Positions 29,891-37,538 of a stretch of 64,000 nt of DNA are shown in pieces (positions within the stretch are counted from its first letter, which is position 1; each line of letters starts with the position of its first letter). A program made the position numbers and the translations under genes. This stretch comes from a virus. The notes beneath the pieces were generated by a model. That model did no database searches, was not told the DNA's origin, and saw only the letters and a program-made list of their open reading frames with translations. The DNA lies in IMG/VR virus record IMGVR_UViG_3300025425_000009, positions 1 to 64,000 of that record. One strand, written 5' to 3'.

Positions 29891-30371
29891 GCAATATCTA
29901 GGCATTGACGGAGGTCATGCTGGAGCACTAACTGTAATAGAAGGTGACTCTGTAGTTGAAAAGATTGTCATGCCTATTCAAAAAACATCTGCTAGCAGGA
30001 ATGAGTACAACTGCTTTGATATAATAACTTTTCTGAACAAGTACCCTGATGCCACAGTAGTGTTTGAAAAGGCACACGCTATGCCACAGCTTGGGTCTGT
30101 TCAGGCATTTAACTTCGGCAAGGGGTTTGGCATGATGATAGGTATCCTCACTGCCTTAAAAATGAAGTTTCATATTGTGCATGCAAAGACATGGCAATCT
30201 GAAATGTTCAAAGATCTACCTAAGCAAGACACAAAAGCTATGAGTTGCATGGTGGCACAGCGACTGTTTCCTAGCGAAGACTTTACTCCTACAGAGCGTA
30301 GCAACAAACTACATGACGGGTTTACTGACTCTGTGTTACTAGCTGAGTTTGGTAGACGCAGAAACTTATAA
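29883..30371 (+). CDS. RuvC-like Holliday junction resolvase
   Basis: LGIDGG, VFEK, FNFGKGFG, DGFTDSVLLA. Confidence 0.85.
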   Translation: MAKQYLGIDGGHAGALTVIEGDSVVEKIVMPIQKTSASRNEYNCFDIITFLNKYPDATVVFEKAHAMPQLGSVQAFNFGKGFGMMIGILTALKMKFHIVHAKTWQSEMFKDLPKQDTKAMSCMVAQRLFPSEDFTPTERSNKLHDGFTDSVLLAEFGRRRNL

Positions 30372-30386
30372 GTAATACCACACTAT

Positions 30387-30635
30387 ATGAGAACAGAACA
30401 TGACATAATCGTCTGCAAGACCTGCATGCACGGTAGGTTCAAAGGAACATATTGTAAGAATTGCAAGAGCACCAAGTCGTATTACGTAGCAGTAGCACTG
30501 ATGCGGTCGCATAGAATAGCAAACCCCAAAGATGCAGTAGGATCAGTAGCAGTAGGCATGGGAAAGGACTATGTGAAACGTGTGTACGGTGTGAAGCTAT
30601 CACTGTTTCGGCGGGTTCGGTATTTGCTAGGATAG
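30387..30635 (+). CDS. small zinc-finger protein
   Basis: CKTC...CKNC. Confidence 0.55.
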   Translation: MRTEHDIIVCKTCMHGRFKGTYCKNCKSTKSYYVAVALMRSHRIANPKDAVGSVAVGMGKDYVKRVYGVKLSLFRRVRYLLG

Positions 30636-30860
30636 TGTATAATTAACATAGGGCAAATGACTGCTCATTTCCACGATGAAACAAAAAAAGAAAACATCAA
30701 ATGAAACTAGAATACACAGACCAAGTGTCGCCTCTTCCTCAGGAAGAAAATATGTCAACAGAGGACCGATGTGGTTCTTCCACAAACGAGGAACTCACCC
30801 GAGATCCTTTGCAAACCATACTCCAGTTTGAGTACTGACTAACCTGCATACTGGTTCCAC

Positions 30861-30898
30861 ATGCTGCTAGCCTAACCCATAGGCTAGTGGCATTTTTT
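30861..30898 (+). terminator. intrinsic terminator
   Basis: ATGCTGCTAGCCTA/TAGGCTAGTGGCAT hairpin plus T-run. Confidence 0.85.
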
Positions 30899-30917
30899 CT
30901 TACACTGCCAAAAAAAA

Positions 30918-30965
30918 GTTGTTAACAGGTCCGGTATGTACAACTATTGGCAAGCGTGGTATTAT
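30918..30965 (+). promoter_or_regulatory. conserved phage promoter driving the Ro60 operon
   Basis: GTTGTTAACAGG 30918, TGTACA 30937, 17 nt, TATTAT 30960. Confidence 0.75.
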
Positions 30966-30995
30966 ATACTTAATTACAAAATAACGTTCTTACAT

Positions 30996-31280
30996 ATGCT
31001 TACACAAAAGAAAATCAAAGAAGTTGTACCTCAAGGCGAGTTAACTTCTGATCAAATCAGATGGATTTCAAAAAATGAAGAAGCGTTGCGTGAAGCCTTC
31101 TCATTGAAGTACCCTTCAGCAAGAAACCAGTTCAACCTGGAAGTGCCATCAAACATAAAGCCTGTTGAGAGGAGCTTGGTCGTTAACTCAGAAGGCAGAG
31201 TTATATTTTCTACATCCATGGCATATGTTTGCAACATCACTTCACAATCCCTTACAGCAATGGGATACCCACTTAACTAA
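30996..31280 (+). CDS. hypothetical protein co-transcribed with Ro60
   Basis: ATG 30996; ends 2 nt before the TROVE gene. Confidence 0.65.
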   Translation: MLTQKKIKEVVPQGELTSDQIRWISKNEEALREAFSLKYPSARNQFNLEVPSNIKPVERSLVVNSEGRVIFSTSMAYVCNITSQSLTAMGYPLN

Positions 31281-31282
31281 AC

Positions 31283-32752
31283 ATGACAAGATTTAACAAA
31301 CCACAGCAGAATACTACGGAAAACCATGAAGGGTCCACAGCATTCATGCATTCACCTGAATTGCAGCTGTATTCGTTGGTTGTGACTTGCATGGTCAGTG
31401 ATAAGTTTTACGAATCATCTGATGATCAACTGGTTCGACTAAGAGGTCTTCTACCTACAGTAGACCCTAAGTTTGCTGTACAACTTGCAATTTATGCTAG
31501 AGAAGAGATGCATCTAAGAACAATACCTCTTGTTCTAATGATAGAGCTAGCCAGGATCCACTCAGGTGACAACCTTGTTTCCCAAGGTGTTGGTAGAGTG
31601 ATTCAGAGGGTTGATGAAATAACAGAAATGCTTGCGTATTACTGTGCTGCTAACAACCGTAATGATGTTGCTCCGTTGTCTAAGCAAATTCAGAAGGGGT
31701 TACAGGTGGCGTTTAACAAGTTCAATCACTACCAGTTTGCCAAGTACAACAGGCCTGGTAAGGTGACACTTAAAGATGCACTGTTCATTGTTAGACCGAG
31801 CAGTGATACGTTCAAGCAGTCAGAAGTGTTTGCAATGATTGCATCAGGCACGCTTGGATCAGCAGACACATGGGAAACCTCTCTGTCCTCAGGGCTAGAT
31901 AAGAAAGAAGCATGGGAGGAGTTAATCATGAATGACAAGCTTGGTTACATGGCCATGATGAGAAACCTAAGAAACTTCGTACAGGCAGGCATCTCTAAGG
32001 ATGCACTAGTTAAGGTGTGCCAATTCATATCTGCTAAGGAACGGGTACTTGCGTCTAAGCAACTCCCATTTAGATTCTACTCAGCGTATAGAATGTTGAA
32101 AGAGGTGGAAGGTGACGGGGTGACGATGATCCTAGACTCTCTGAATAAGGCAGTCAAGCATTCAATAGCCAACATACCTTTTTTCAGTGAAACCGAAAGT
32201 GTCATGATTGCATGTGACGTATCTGCATCAATGATGGTGCCTCTGTCTGACAAGAGCGTAGTTGAGTATTACGATGTAGGTCTCCTTCTTGGGTCTTTAC
32301 TTCAGGCCAACTCCAACTTCGTCCAGACAGGACTGTTCGGAGATACATTCAAGGTGTACCCAATGGCATCCACCAACATACTGGAGAATGCTTGCCAGCT
32401 AAGAAGGTGTGAAGGCGATGTAGGTTACGCTACAAACGGTCACACTGTTATTGAGTATCTGACCCAGACAGGTAAGAGTGTTGACAAAGTCGTTATGTTT
32501 ACTGACTGTCAGATGACTGATTCATCATACGACGGACGTGCCCTTAGTGCAGCTTGGAACCAGTACAAAACACAACACCCTAACTCCAAATTATACATTT
32601 TCAACTTGTCAGGCTATGGCAAGGAAGTGTTCTCACAACATGCCAATGACATTTTTCAAGTGGCTGGTTGGAGTGAAAAAATATTTGATATGCTTCATTC
32701 GTTGGAATCAGGGGACTCAGTTATTTCAACAATTCAAAAAATTAGTATATAA
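31283..32752 (+). CDS. rsr: Ro60/Rsr TROVE-vWA RNA-binding protein
   Basis: NHEG, LAIYAREEMHLR, QFAKYNR, TWE, LGYMAMMRNLRN, LPFRFYSAY; vWA MIDAS DVSAS...TDCQ. Confidence 0.95.
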   Translation: MTRFNKPQQNTTENHEGSTAFMHSPELQLYSLVVTCMVSDKFYESSDDQLVRLRGLLPTVDPKFAVQLAIYAREEMHLRTIPLVLMIELARIHSGDNLVSQGVGRVIQRVDEITEMLAYYCAANNRNDVAPLSKQIQKGLQVAFNKFNHYQFAKYNRPGKVTLKDALFIVRPSSDTFKQSEVFAMIASGTLGSADTWETSLSSGLDKKEAWEELIMNDKLGYMAMMRNLRNFVQAGISKDALVKVCQFISAKERVLASKQLPFRFYSAYRMLKEVEGDGVTMILDSLNKAVKHSIANIPFFSETESVMIACDVSASMMVPLSDKSVVEYYDVGLLLGSLLQANSNFVQTGLFGDTFKVYPMASTNILENACQLRRCEGDVGYATNGHTVIEYLTQTGKSVDKVVMFTDCQMTDSSYDGRALSAAWNQYKTQHPNSKLYIFNLSGYGKEVFSQHANDIFQVAGWSEKIFDMLHSLESGDSVISTIQKISI

Positions 32753-32757
32753 TACTA

Positions 32758-32895
32758 GTACTAGGTGCTGTAGAAAACAGTTACTTCCACTTTAAGGACA
32801 AGGTCGGTGGTTCGATTCCACCTCAACACTTCGGTGTTGATAGCTCAATGGTAGAGCATGTATAACACACCTGTTTTCGCTTGTTGCCCTAGTAC
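32758..32895 (+). ncRNA. YrlA-type Y RNA with tRNA-like domain
   Basis: stems GTACTAGG/CCTAGTAC and GAAAACAG/CTGTTTTC enclose T-arm GGTGG-TTCGATT-CCACC, closed acceptor hairpin TCAACAC-TTCG-GTGTTGA and D-arm TAGCTCAATGGTAGAGC; starts 5 nt after the Ro60 stop. Confidence 0.9.
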
Positions 32896-32897
32896 AT

Positions 32898-32971
32898 ACC
32901 TTTATAGCTTAGTGGTAAAGCAGGCGGCTTTTAACCGTCCGACCTAAGTTCGATTCTTAGTGGGGGTACCA
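32898..32971 (+). tRNA. tRNA-Lys(UUU)
   Basis: cloverleaf; loop CTTTTAA; CCA encoded; three G-U pairs in acceptor stem. Confidence 0.8.
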
Positions 32972-32986
32972 GTTCTAAACAAACTG

Positions 32987-33200
32987 AGAGGAAGATGGTA
33001 GAGTGTTCCAAGTTGGAGTGGCGGAATTCATTAAAGACGCTTATAATCCTTGTCCTGATCCTCTAAGGTAAGTGGAGGACGCCCCCAAGCTGCATTGTAA
33101 GACTTGGAATTGGGAGACCGTGGAAGCAGTAGAATGCTCCGACGTGCAAAGGTGGAAGTCCTTTGCCTCCAACATAGAGCACAGTACTGCTGTTTCCTCT
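32987..33200 (+). ncRNA. tRNA-like RNA A with extended acceptor stem
   Basis: AGAGGAA/TTCCTCT, GTGTTC/GAGCAC, GTTGGAG/CTCCAAC; Leu-like D-arm TGGCGGAAT..AGACGC; T-like arm GCAAAGG-TGGAAGT-CCTTTGC. Confidence 0.7.
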
Positions 33201-33276
33201 GGACGGTTAGCCTAGTGGTTAAGGCACACAGCTTATACCTGTGCATACGAAGGTTCGATTCCTTCACCGTCTACCA
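33201..33276 (+). tRNA. tRNA-Ile(UAU)
   Basis: cloverleaf; loop CTTATAC; CCA encoded. Confidence 0.9.
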
Positions 33277-33294
33277 GTGTTACAACACTGAAAA

Positions 33295-33425
33295 GAAGTG
33301 TTCTTCATAGTGAGGTGGCGGACAGTGAGCCGTAATGGACTCGGACATAGGAATATCAAACCTTAGATGTCCTAGTTGTGATGATCCTGCAAGTCAAACC
33401 TTGCCCTCACTGTGAAGAACATTTC
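33295..33425 (+). ncRNA. tRNA-like RNA B with 21-bp terminal stem
   Basis: GAAGTGTTCTTCATAGTGAGG/CCTCACTGTGAAGAACATTTC; TGGCGG D-like arm; GCAAG-TCAAAC-CTTGC T-like arm. Confidence 0.7.
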
Positions 33426-33428
33426 AAG

Positions 33429-33638
33429 CATGACTATCTTTCGCGCCACATTAGCAGGTGAATGACTGAAGATACCAAACCTTAGTGGAGGCCACGTACG
33501 GGCACCGCGCTTTAACAGGAAGAGGGAGGATAGGCCACCGATTCCTGCTGTGATCCATCCACTGTCCTAGGTGGTGCATGGAAATAGACTTATGTCATGA
33601 GGGTGTAAACCCCTCGTGGTGCGCGAAAGGTAGTCATG
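33429..33638 (+). ncRNA. tRNA-like RNA C with 17+4-bp terminal stem
   Basis: CATGACTATCTTTCGCG/CGCGAAAGGTAGTCATG plus CCAC/GTGG; T-like arm GAGGG-TGTAAAC-CCCTC. Confidence 0.65.
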
Positions 33639-33646
33639 GCGAACAT

Positions 33647-33720
33647 AGGTCATTAACTCAGTGGTAGAGTGCCTGTCTTACATACAGGAAGCCCTCAGTT
33701 CAAATCTGAGATGACCTACC
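33647..33720 (+). tRNA. tRNA-Val(UAC)
   Basis: cloverleaf; loop CTTACAT. Confidence 0.9.
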
Positions 33721-33741
33721 GGTTCACTAGCAACTGAAAAC

Positions 33742-33815
33742 AGGCCTTTAGCATAATTGGAAGTGCAACACGGTTCTAACGTGTTAGATGTCAGTTCGAG
33801 TCTGGCAAGGCTTAC
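33742..33815 (+). tRNA. tRNA-Arg(UCU)
   Basis: cloverleaf; loop GTTCTAA. Confidence 0.85.
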
Positions 33816-33886
33816 CGCGGGGTGGAGAAACGGCATCTCGGTGGTCTCATAAACCACAGAACCCAGTTCAACTCTGGGCCCCGCGA
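33816..33886 (+). tRNA. tRNA-Met(CAU), initiator-like 5' end
   Basis: CGCGGGG/CCCCGCG acceptor; loop CTCATAA. Confidence 0.85.
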
Positions 33887-33906
33887 CAACGATAACAAAA
33901 CAAACA

Positions 33907-34479
33907 ATGATAATCTACACCAGGAAAAAAGAAATACAGTTTGCACAGACCTCAAGTGAAATAGAAGGAGAACTCTCTGAAAGTGCATGGCAGGACCATC
34001 TTGATGCGTGGGACTTCCTTAAGGAAACTGATACCGTGTCTTTGCATGATCTGTTAGAATGCCACTACGGGCTGCAAATACGGCTGAGACCTGACATTGC
34101 CGGTAAGTTTAGAACATGCAATGTTAGGGTCGGCTCCCACATAATGCCTCATTATGCCAGTGTTGTAGCAATGACACGCGCATGGCTGCGTAAGTGGACA
34201 GGCAGCAAGTTGCCTAAGACTGAGGAAGAGTGTAGGACTGCTCATATAGAGTTTGAGAATATACACCCCTTTGAAGATGGCAACGGTAGAGTAGGCCGGT
34301 GTATACTGAATTGGCACAGGCGTAAGCTAAACCTGCCGATTCTGATTATCCATGTAGGTGAAGAGCAGCAGGCATATTACGGCTGGTTCAAAGAGGCACA
34401 AAACAGTGATGCACTTTATAAAACACTAGGCAGTGACTGTGTCAGATCCTACACAAAGAAGTTTACCAAAAAGAGATAA
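33907..34479 (+). CDS. Fic-domain protein
   Basis: canonical HPFEDGNGRVGR; N-terminal SSEIEG inhibitory-type motif. Confidence 0.92.
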   Translation: MIIYTRKKEIQFAQTSSEIEGELSESAWQDHLDAWDFLKETDTVSLHDLLECHYGLQIRLRPDIAGKFRTCNVRVGSHIMPHYASVVAMTRAWLRKWTGSKLPKTEEECRTAHIEFENIHPFEDGNGRVGRCILNWHRRKLNLPILIIHVGEEQQAYYGWFKEAQNSDALYKTLGSDCVRSYTKKFTKKR

Positions 34480-34489
34480 CTCACACCAC

Positions 34490-34672
34490 ATGACCACAAA
34501 AGATAAATCTGTTGAACCAGAAGACAAGACAAACAGGGCAGGCCGAAGAGCAAGTGCAAAACAGCGTCGTGGAGTGGCTGAGCATAACCGCAAGTACAAA
34601 TTAGCTGTACACTTGAATGACGGTAGCACAGCAAAGCGAAAGAGATTACAAGCACTATGTAAAAACACGTAA
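34490..34672 (+). CDS. small basic protein
   Basis: NRAGRR motif; K/R-rich. Confidence 0.45.
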   Translation: MTTKDKSVEPEDKTNRAGRRASAKQRRGVAEHNRKYKLAVHLNDGSTAKRKRLQALCKNT

Positions 34673-34676
34673 GAAT

Positions 34677-35693
34677 ATGGCAAAGAAAGCAACAAGCAAA
34701 GGCACAATCTCAGATGCACTTGCAATACTGGAAAAGAAGCATGGTAAAGGTGCTGTTATGAAGTTGGCAAAAGGGGAACAGATCACCAAGGTTGAGCTGC
34801 TTCCTACAGGTATTTATTCTATCGACAAGGCACTAGGTGGAGGGTTTGCAAGAGGAAGAGTGGTAGAGCTGTACGGAAATGAAGGGTCCGGTAAGACTAC
34901 CCTTGCACTGCAGACCATCGCTAAAGCCCAGGCCGATGGACTTAAGGCTGCTTTCATAGATGTGGAACACGCGTTCAGTCTGCAATATGCCAGATCTTTA
35001 GGAGTTGACCTAGAAGAGTTGTATTTTTCACAGCCTAAGTCAGCAGAGATGGCGATGGACATTGCCAAGACACTTGCCCAAACAGGCGAGTTTGCTGTGG
35101 TGGTAGTTGACTCAGTGGCAGCATTAACACCTGACACAGAGTTTGATGGAGAGATAGGTAAGGCACAGATAGGGCACCTTGCTAGATTCATGTCGGCTGC
35201 ACTAAGGCAGATTGTTGGTGAGTTCCACAAGACAGGCACATCACTTATTTTTATCAACCAGCTCAGAATGAAAATTGGTGTAATGTTCGGAAACCCTGAG
35301 ACAACACCTGGTGGAAATGCACTAAAGTATTATGCATCACAGCGACTTGCTATACGTAAGTCTACAAAGATAGATAATAAGGAAGGTGTCACCATAGGGT
35401 ACAACGCACTCATTAGAGTAGAGAAAAACAAGATAGCGCTACCTAACATTAAAGCAACTGTGCCTGTGACAAATGGTAAAGGGTTTGACAAGGTTGCTGA
35501 CATGTTCCAGGTTGCGGAATTACTTAATGTCATAACTAAGGAGAAGGCGTCCTACTTTTTCAATGGTGAGAAACTTGGAGTGTACGAGGTAAACGCAAAA
35601 CAGGCACTGTACGACAGTCTAGACATATACACAGCAATAGAAGAAGCAGTCATAGCGTTAAACAACCCTGATGAAAGCGCTAACATAGTATAG
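34677..35693 (+). CDS. recA: RecA recombinase
   Basis: GNEGSGKTT, FIDVEHA, VDSVAAL, INQLRMKIGVMFGNPETTPGGNALKYYAS. Confidence 0.97.
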   Translation: MAKKATSKGTISDALAILEKKHGKGAVMKLAKGEQITKVELLPTGIYSIDKALGGGFARGRVVELYGNEGSGKTTLALQTIAKAQADGLKAAFIDVEHAFSLQYARSLGVDLEELYFSQPKSAEMAMDIAKTLAQTGEFAVVVVDSVAALTPDTEFDGEIGKAQIGHLARFMSAALRQIVGEFHKTGTSLIFINQLRMKIGVMFGNPETTPGGNALKYYASQRLAIRKSTKIDNKEGVTIGYNALIRVEKNKIALPNIKATVPVTNGKGFDKVADMFQVAELLNVITKEKASYFFNGEKLGVYEVNAKQALYDSLDIYTAIEEAVIALNNPDESANIV

Positions 35694-35695
35694 CA

Positions 35696-36214
35696 ATGAA
35701 AACAACAGAAGAATTTAAAGATGAGTTTCCGAAGACTTACAAGGAGATTAGATCTGCAGAGTTAAGAAAACAGCAAAGCAACAAGGCAGACACTGAGTGT
35801 TCCCATCGATGCTGGATTAAGAAGTGTAGTTTTTGCTCAGTGATCATGGAGTCAGACAGCCAGGTAAACTACAAATGCGGGGAGGATGTTAAAACGGAGT
35901 TTAGTGTACTGACAGGCATAGTGACAAACTTCAATGTATCTGAGAAACTACAAAACCGCAGGATCGGCCAGAGAACTAAGTTATATTGGGTCTACTCCCC
36001 TGTGAATGATGAGATTGGACTTAGATGTTATGAGAATGTGTCAATACAACACACTCAAATAATTGCTGCATACTCATCATCTGAGTTAGTGGCAAAACTA
36101 CGTAGGTTACCTGTAGAAATCATGACAGATGAGGTCTACCTTTATATAGGACAGAACGCGTTTGACCCTAACCGACTTGCTAGGCTATATCTTAAACTAA
36201 CAGCAGTACAGTAA
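35696..36214 (+). CDS. hypothetical protein
   Basis: CSH...CSFC zinc motif; ORF in array. Confidence 0.65.
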   Translation: MKTTEEFKDEFPKTYKEIRSAELRKQQSNKADTECSHRCWIKKCSFCSVIMESDSQVNYKCGEDVKTEFSVLTGIVTNFNVSEKLQNRRIGQRTKLYWVYSPVNDEIGLRCYENVSIQHTQIIAAYSSSELVAKLRRLPVEIMTDEVYLYIGQNAFDPNRLARLYLKLTAVQ

Positions 36215-36309
36215 AGGTCACCTCAACAACATTCACGAGGCCCAGCCTGCACCTTAGGCGGGTGTGGCACAGGAAAGGGTTAGAATATACCTCTACTGCA
36301 CATAACAAC

Positions 36310-36356
36310 GTTGTTAACATGTCACAATGTGCATCTCCAAGAGAACGTGGTATAAT
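36310..36356 (+). promoter_or_regulatory. conserved phage promoter driving the second tRNA cluster
   Basis: GTTGTTAACA 36310, TGTGCA 36328, 17 nt, TATAAT 36351. Confidence 0.75.
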
Positions 36357-36376
36357 AGTTATATCTTGGAGGAAAT

Positions 36377-36448
36377 TGACCTGTAGCCAAGTGGTAAGGC
36401 AAGGGATTGTTACTCCCTGTACCGCAGGTTCGAATCCTGCCGGGTCAG
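36377..36448 (+). tRNA. tRNA-Asn(GUU)
   Basis: cloverleaf; loop TTGTTAC. Confidence 0.9.
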
Positions 36449-36543
36449 CAAGGTTAAATCTCATAGATTCGCTTATTGAAAGTAAGTGTATTGTAAATAC
36501 ACCGACCTATGAGTACCTATGCAACACACTAGTGTGTCTGCTA

Positions 36544-36719
36544 AGACGGTGCTGTAGACAACAGTTACTTCTACATCTTCAGAAAAAACAATAATGCATA
36601 GCATGCTAAACTTCGGTTTACATGCATAATGAGTGTAGGTTAAGCCTGCGCCTTCTCTGGTAAAGCAGAGTCGTACTAGAGTATTCACTCTTATCACTGT
36701 TGTCGATTGTTGCCCGTTT
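36544..36719 (+). ncRNA. second Y RNA with non-tRNA effector domain
   Basis: GGTGCTGTAGACAACAGTTACTTC...CTGTTGTCGATTGTTGCCC matches the ends of Y RNA 1 with a compensatory base-pair change. Confidence 0.85.
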
Positions 36720-36723
36720 GATT

Positions 36724-36797
36724 GCTCTGTTAGTTCAATAGGAGAACGCTACCTTGTCACGGTAGTAACGTCGGAGCGTAACCGTCACAGAGCGCCA
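36724..36797 (+). tRNA. tRNA-Asp(GUC)
   Basis: cloverleaf; loop TTGTCAC; atypical T-loop AGCGTAA; CCA encoded. Confidence 0.85.
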
Positions 36798-36840
36798 AGG
36801 GAGTCAACACTCCTACAGCGCAGTTAACAAACAAACAAGC

Positions 36841-37071
36841 ATGATTAAACAATTAAAAAATGATGATGCTGCACTTATCAAAGAGATTGGGATTAAATCA
36901 TTGTCCAGAGTTGTAGGGTACAATGAGAATGGGGAGCCCGTTGAGTTAGTGTACGTAAAACATTCAGATACAGGATACGAGTGGCATGTAGGAGGGGAAT
37001 ATCAGAGTGATGCATCACTAAGGTCAGTAGAGAAATATGCACACAGGCTGAATCATTGCCTATTGGTCTAG
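36841..37071 (+). CDS. hypothetical protein
   Basis: ATG after A-rich leader; 3' end overlaps tRNA-Gln. Confidence 0.55.
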   Translation: MIKQLKNDDAALIKEIGIKSLSRVVGYNENGEPVELVYVKHSDTGYEWHVGGEYQSDASLRSVEKYAHRLNHCLLV

Positions 37072-37127
37072 TGGTATGACACCTGCCTTTGAAGCAGGAG
37101 AGCGAGGATCGTTACCTTGATAGGCAG
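37057..37127 (+). tRNA. tRNA-Gln(UUG)
   Basis: cloverleaf; loop CTTTGAA; T-loop ATCGTTA. Confidence 0.85.
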
Positions 37128-37143
37128 CAGGCTATACATTTAT

Positions 37144-37218
37144 GGGCGATTGGTGATAATAGTAGCACATCCGCCTTGCACGCGGAAGGCGACGGAGCGT
37201 AACCGTCATTGTCCACCA
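37144..37218 (+). tRNA. tRNA-Ala(UGC)
   Basis: loop CTTGCAC; G3-U70; T-loop AGCGTAA; CCA encoded. Confidence 0.88.
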
Positions 37219-37219
37219 A

Positions 37220-37306
37220 GGAGAGATGGCAGAGTGGTTTATCGCACTGGTCTTGAAAACCAGCAAGTCTTCTTAGGCTTCAGAGGTTCGAATCCTCTTC
37301 TCTCCG
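37220..37306 (+). tRNA. tRNA-Ser(UGA)
   Basis: loop CTTGAAA; long variable arm; G73. Confidence 0.92.
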
Positions 37307-37310
37307 CATT

Positions 37311-37385
37311 GCAGGTATCGTATAGGGGTTATTACGACTGATTTCCAATCAGTTCACGCAGGTTCGAATCCTGCTACCTGCACCA
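37311..37385 (+). tRNA. tRNA-Gly(UCC)
   Basis: loop TTTCCAA; CCA encoded. Confidence 0.9.
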
Positions 37386-37436
37386 GACAACGCAAAGTGT
37401 GCCTACTCACTACAAGGCTCTTGCTTGTTTGACCAT

Positions 37437-37510
37437 ACTCATGTAGCCCAAATGGTAGAGGCAACGGTTTTAGGGACCGTTCAGTGAAAGTTCGAATCTT
37501 TTCATGAGTA
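37437..37510 (+). tRNA. tRNA-Leu(UAG), short variable region
   Basis: loop TTTAGGG; Leu-type D-arm. Confidence 0.85.
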
Positions 37511-37538
37511 CTAGATAGCGATAAGCAATGCACGTATT

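Noticed and set aside
32800-32860. Ordinary tRNA or pseudo-tRNA after Ro60
   Set aside because: T-arm precedes D-arm and no anticodon arm exists; better explained as a YrlA-type Y RNA
32987-33200. tmRNA or intron-containing tRNA-Leu
   Set aside because: No GGGG/CCA alanine acceptor end or tag ORF; insert too short and lacks a recognisable group I core; acceptor is extended rather than CCA-terminated
32538-33310. ORFs 32538-32795, 33031-33267 and 33104-33310
   Set aside because: They overlap Ro60, the Y RNA, tRNAs and structured RNAs; shadow ORFs
36192-37341. ORFs 36192-36464, 36262-36594, 36473-36697 and 37117-37341
   Set aside because: They overlap tRNAs or Y RNA 2; the RCCRxQLL similarity to the 32538 ORF simply reflects the Y RNA repeat
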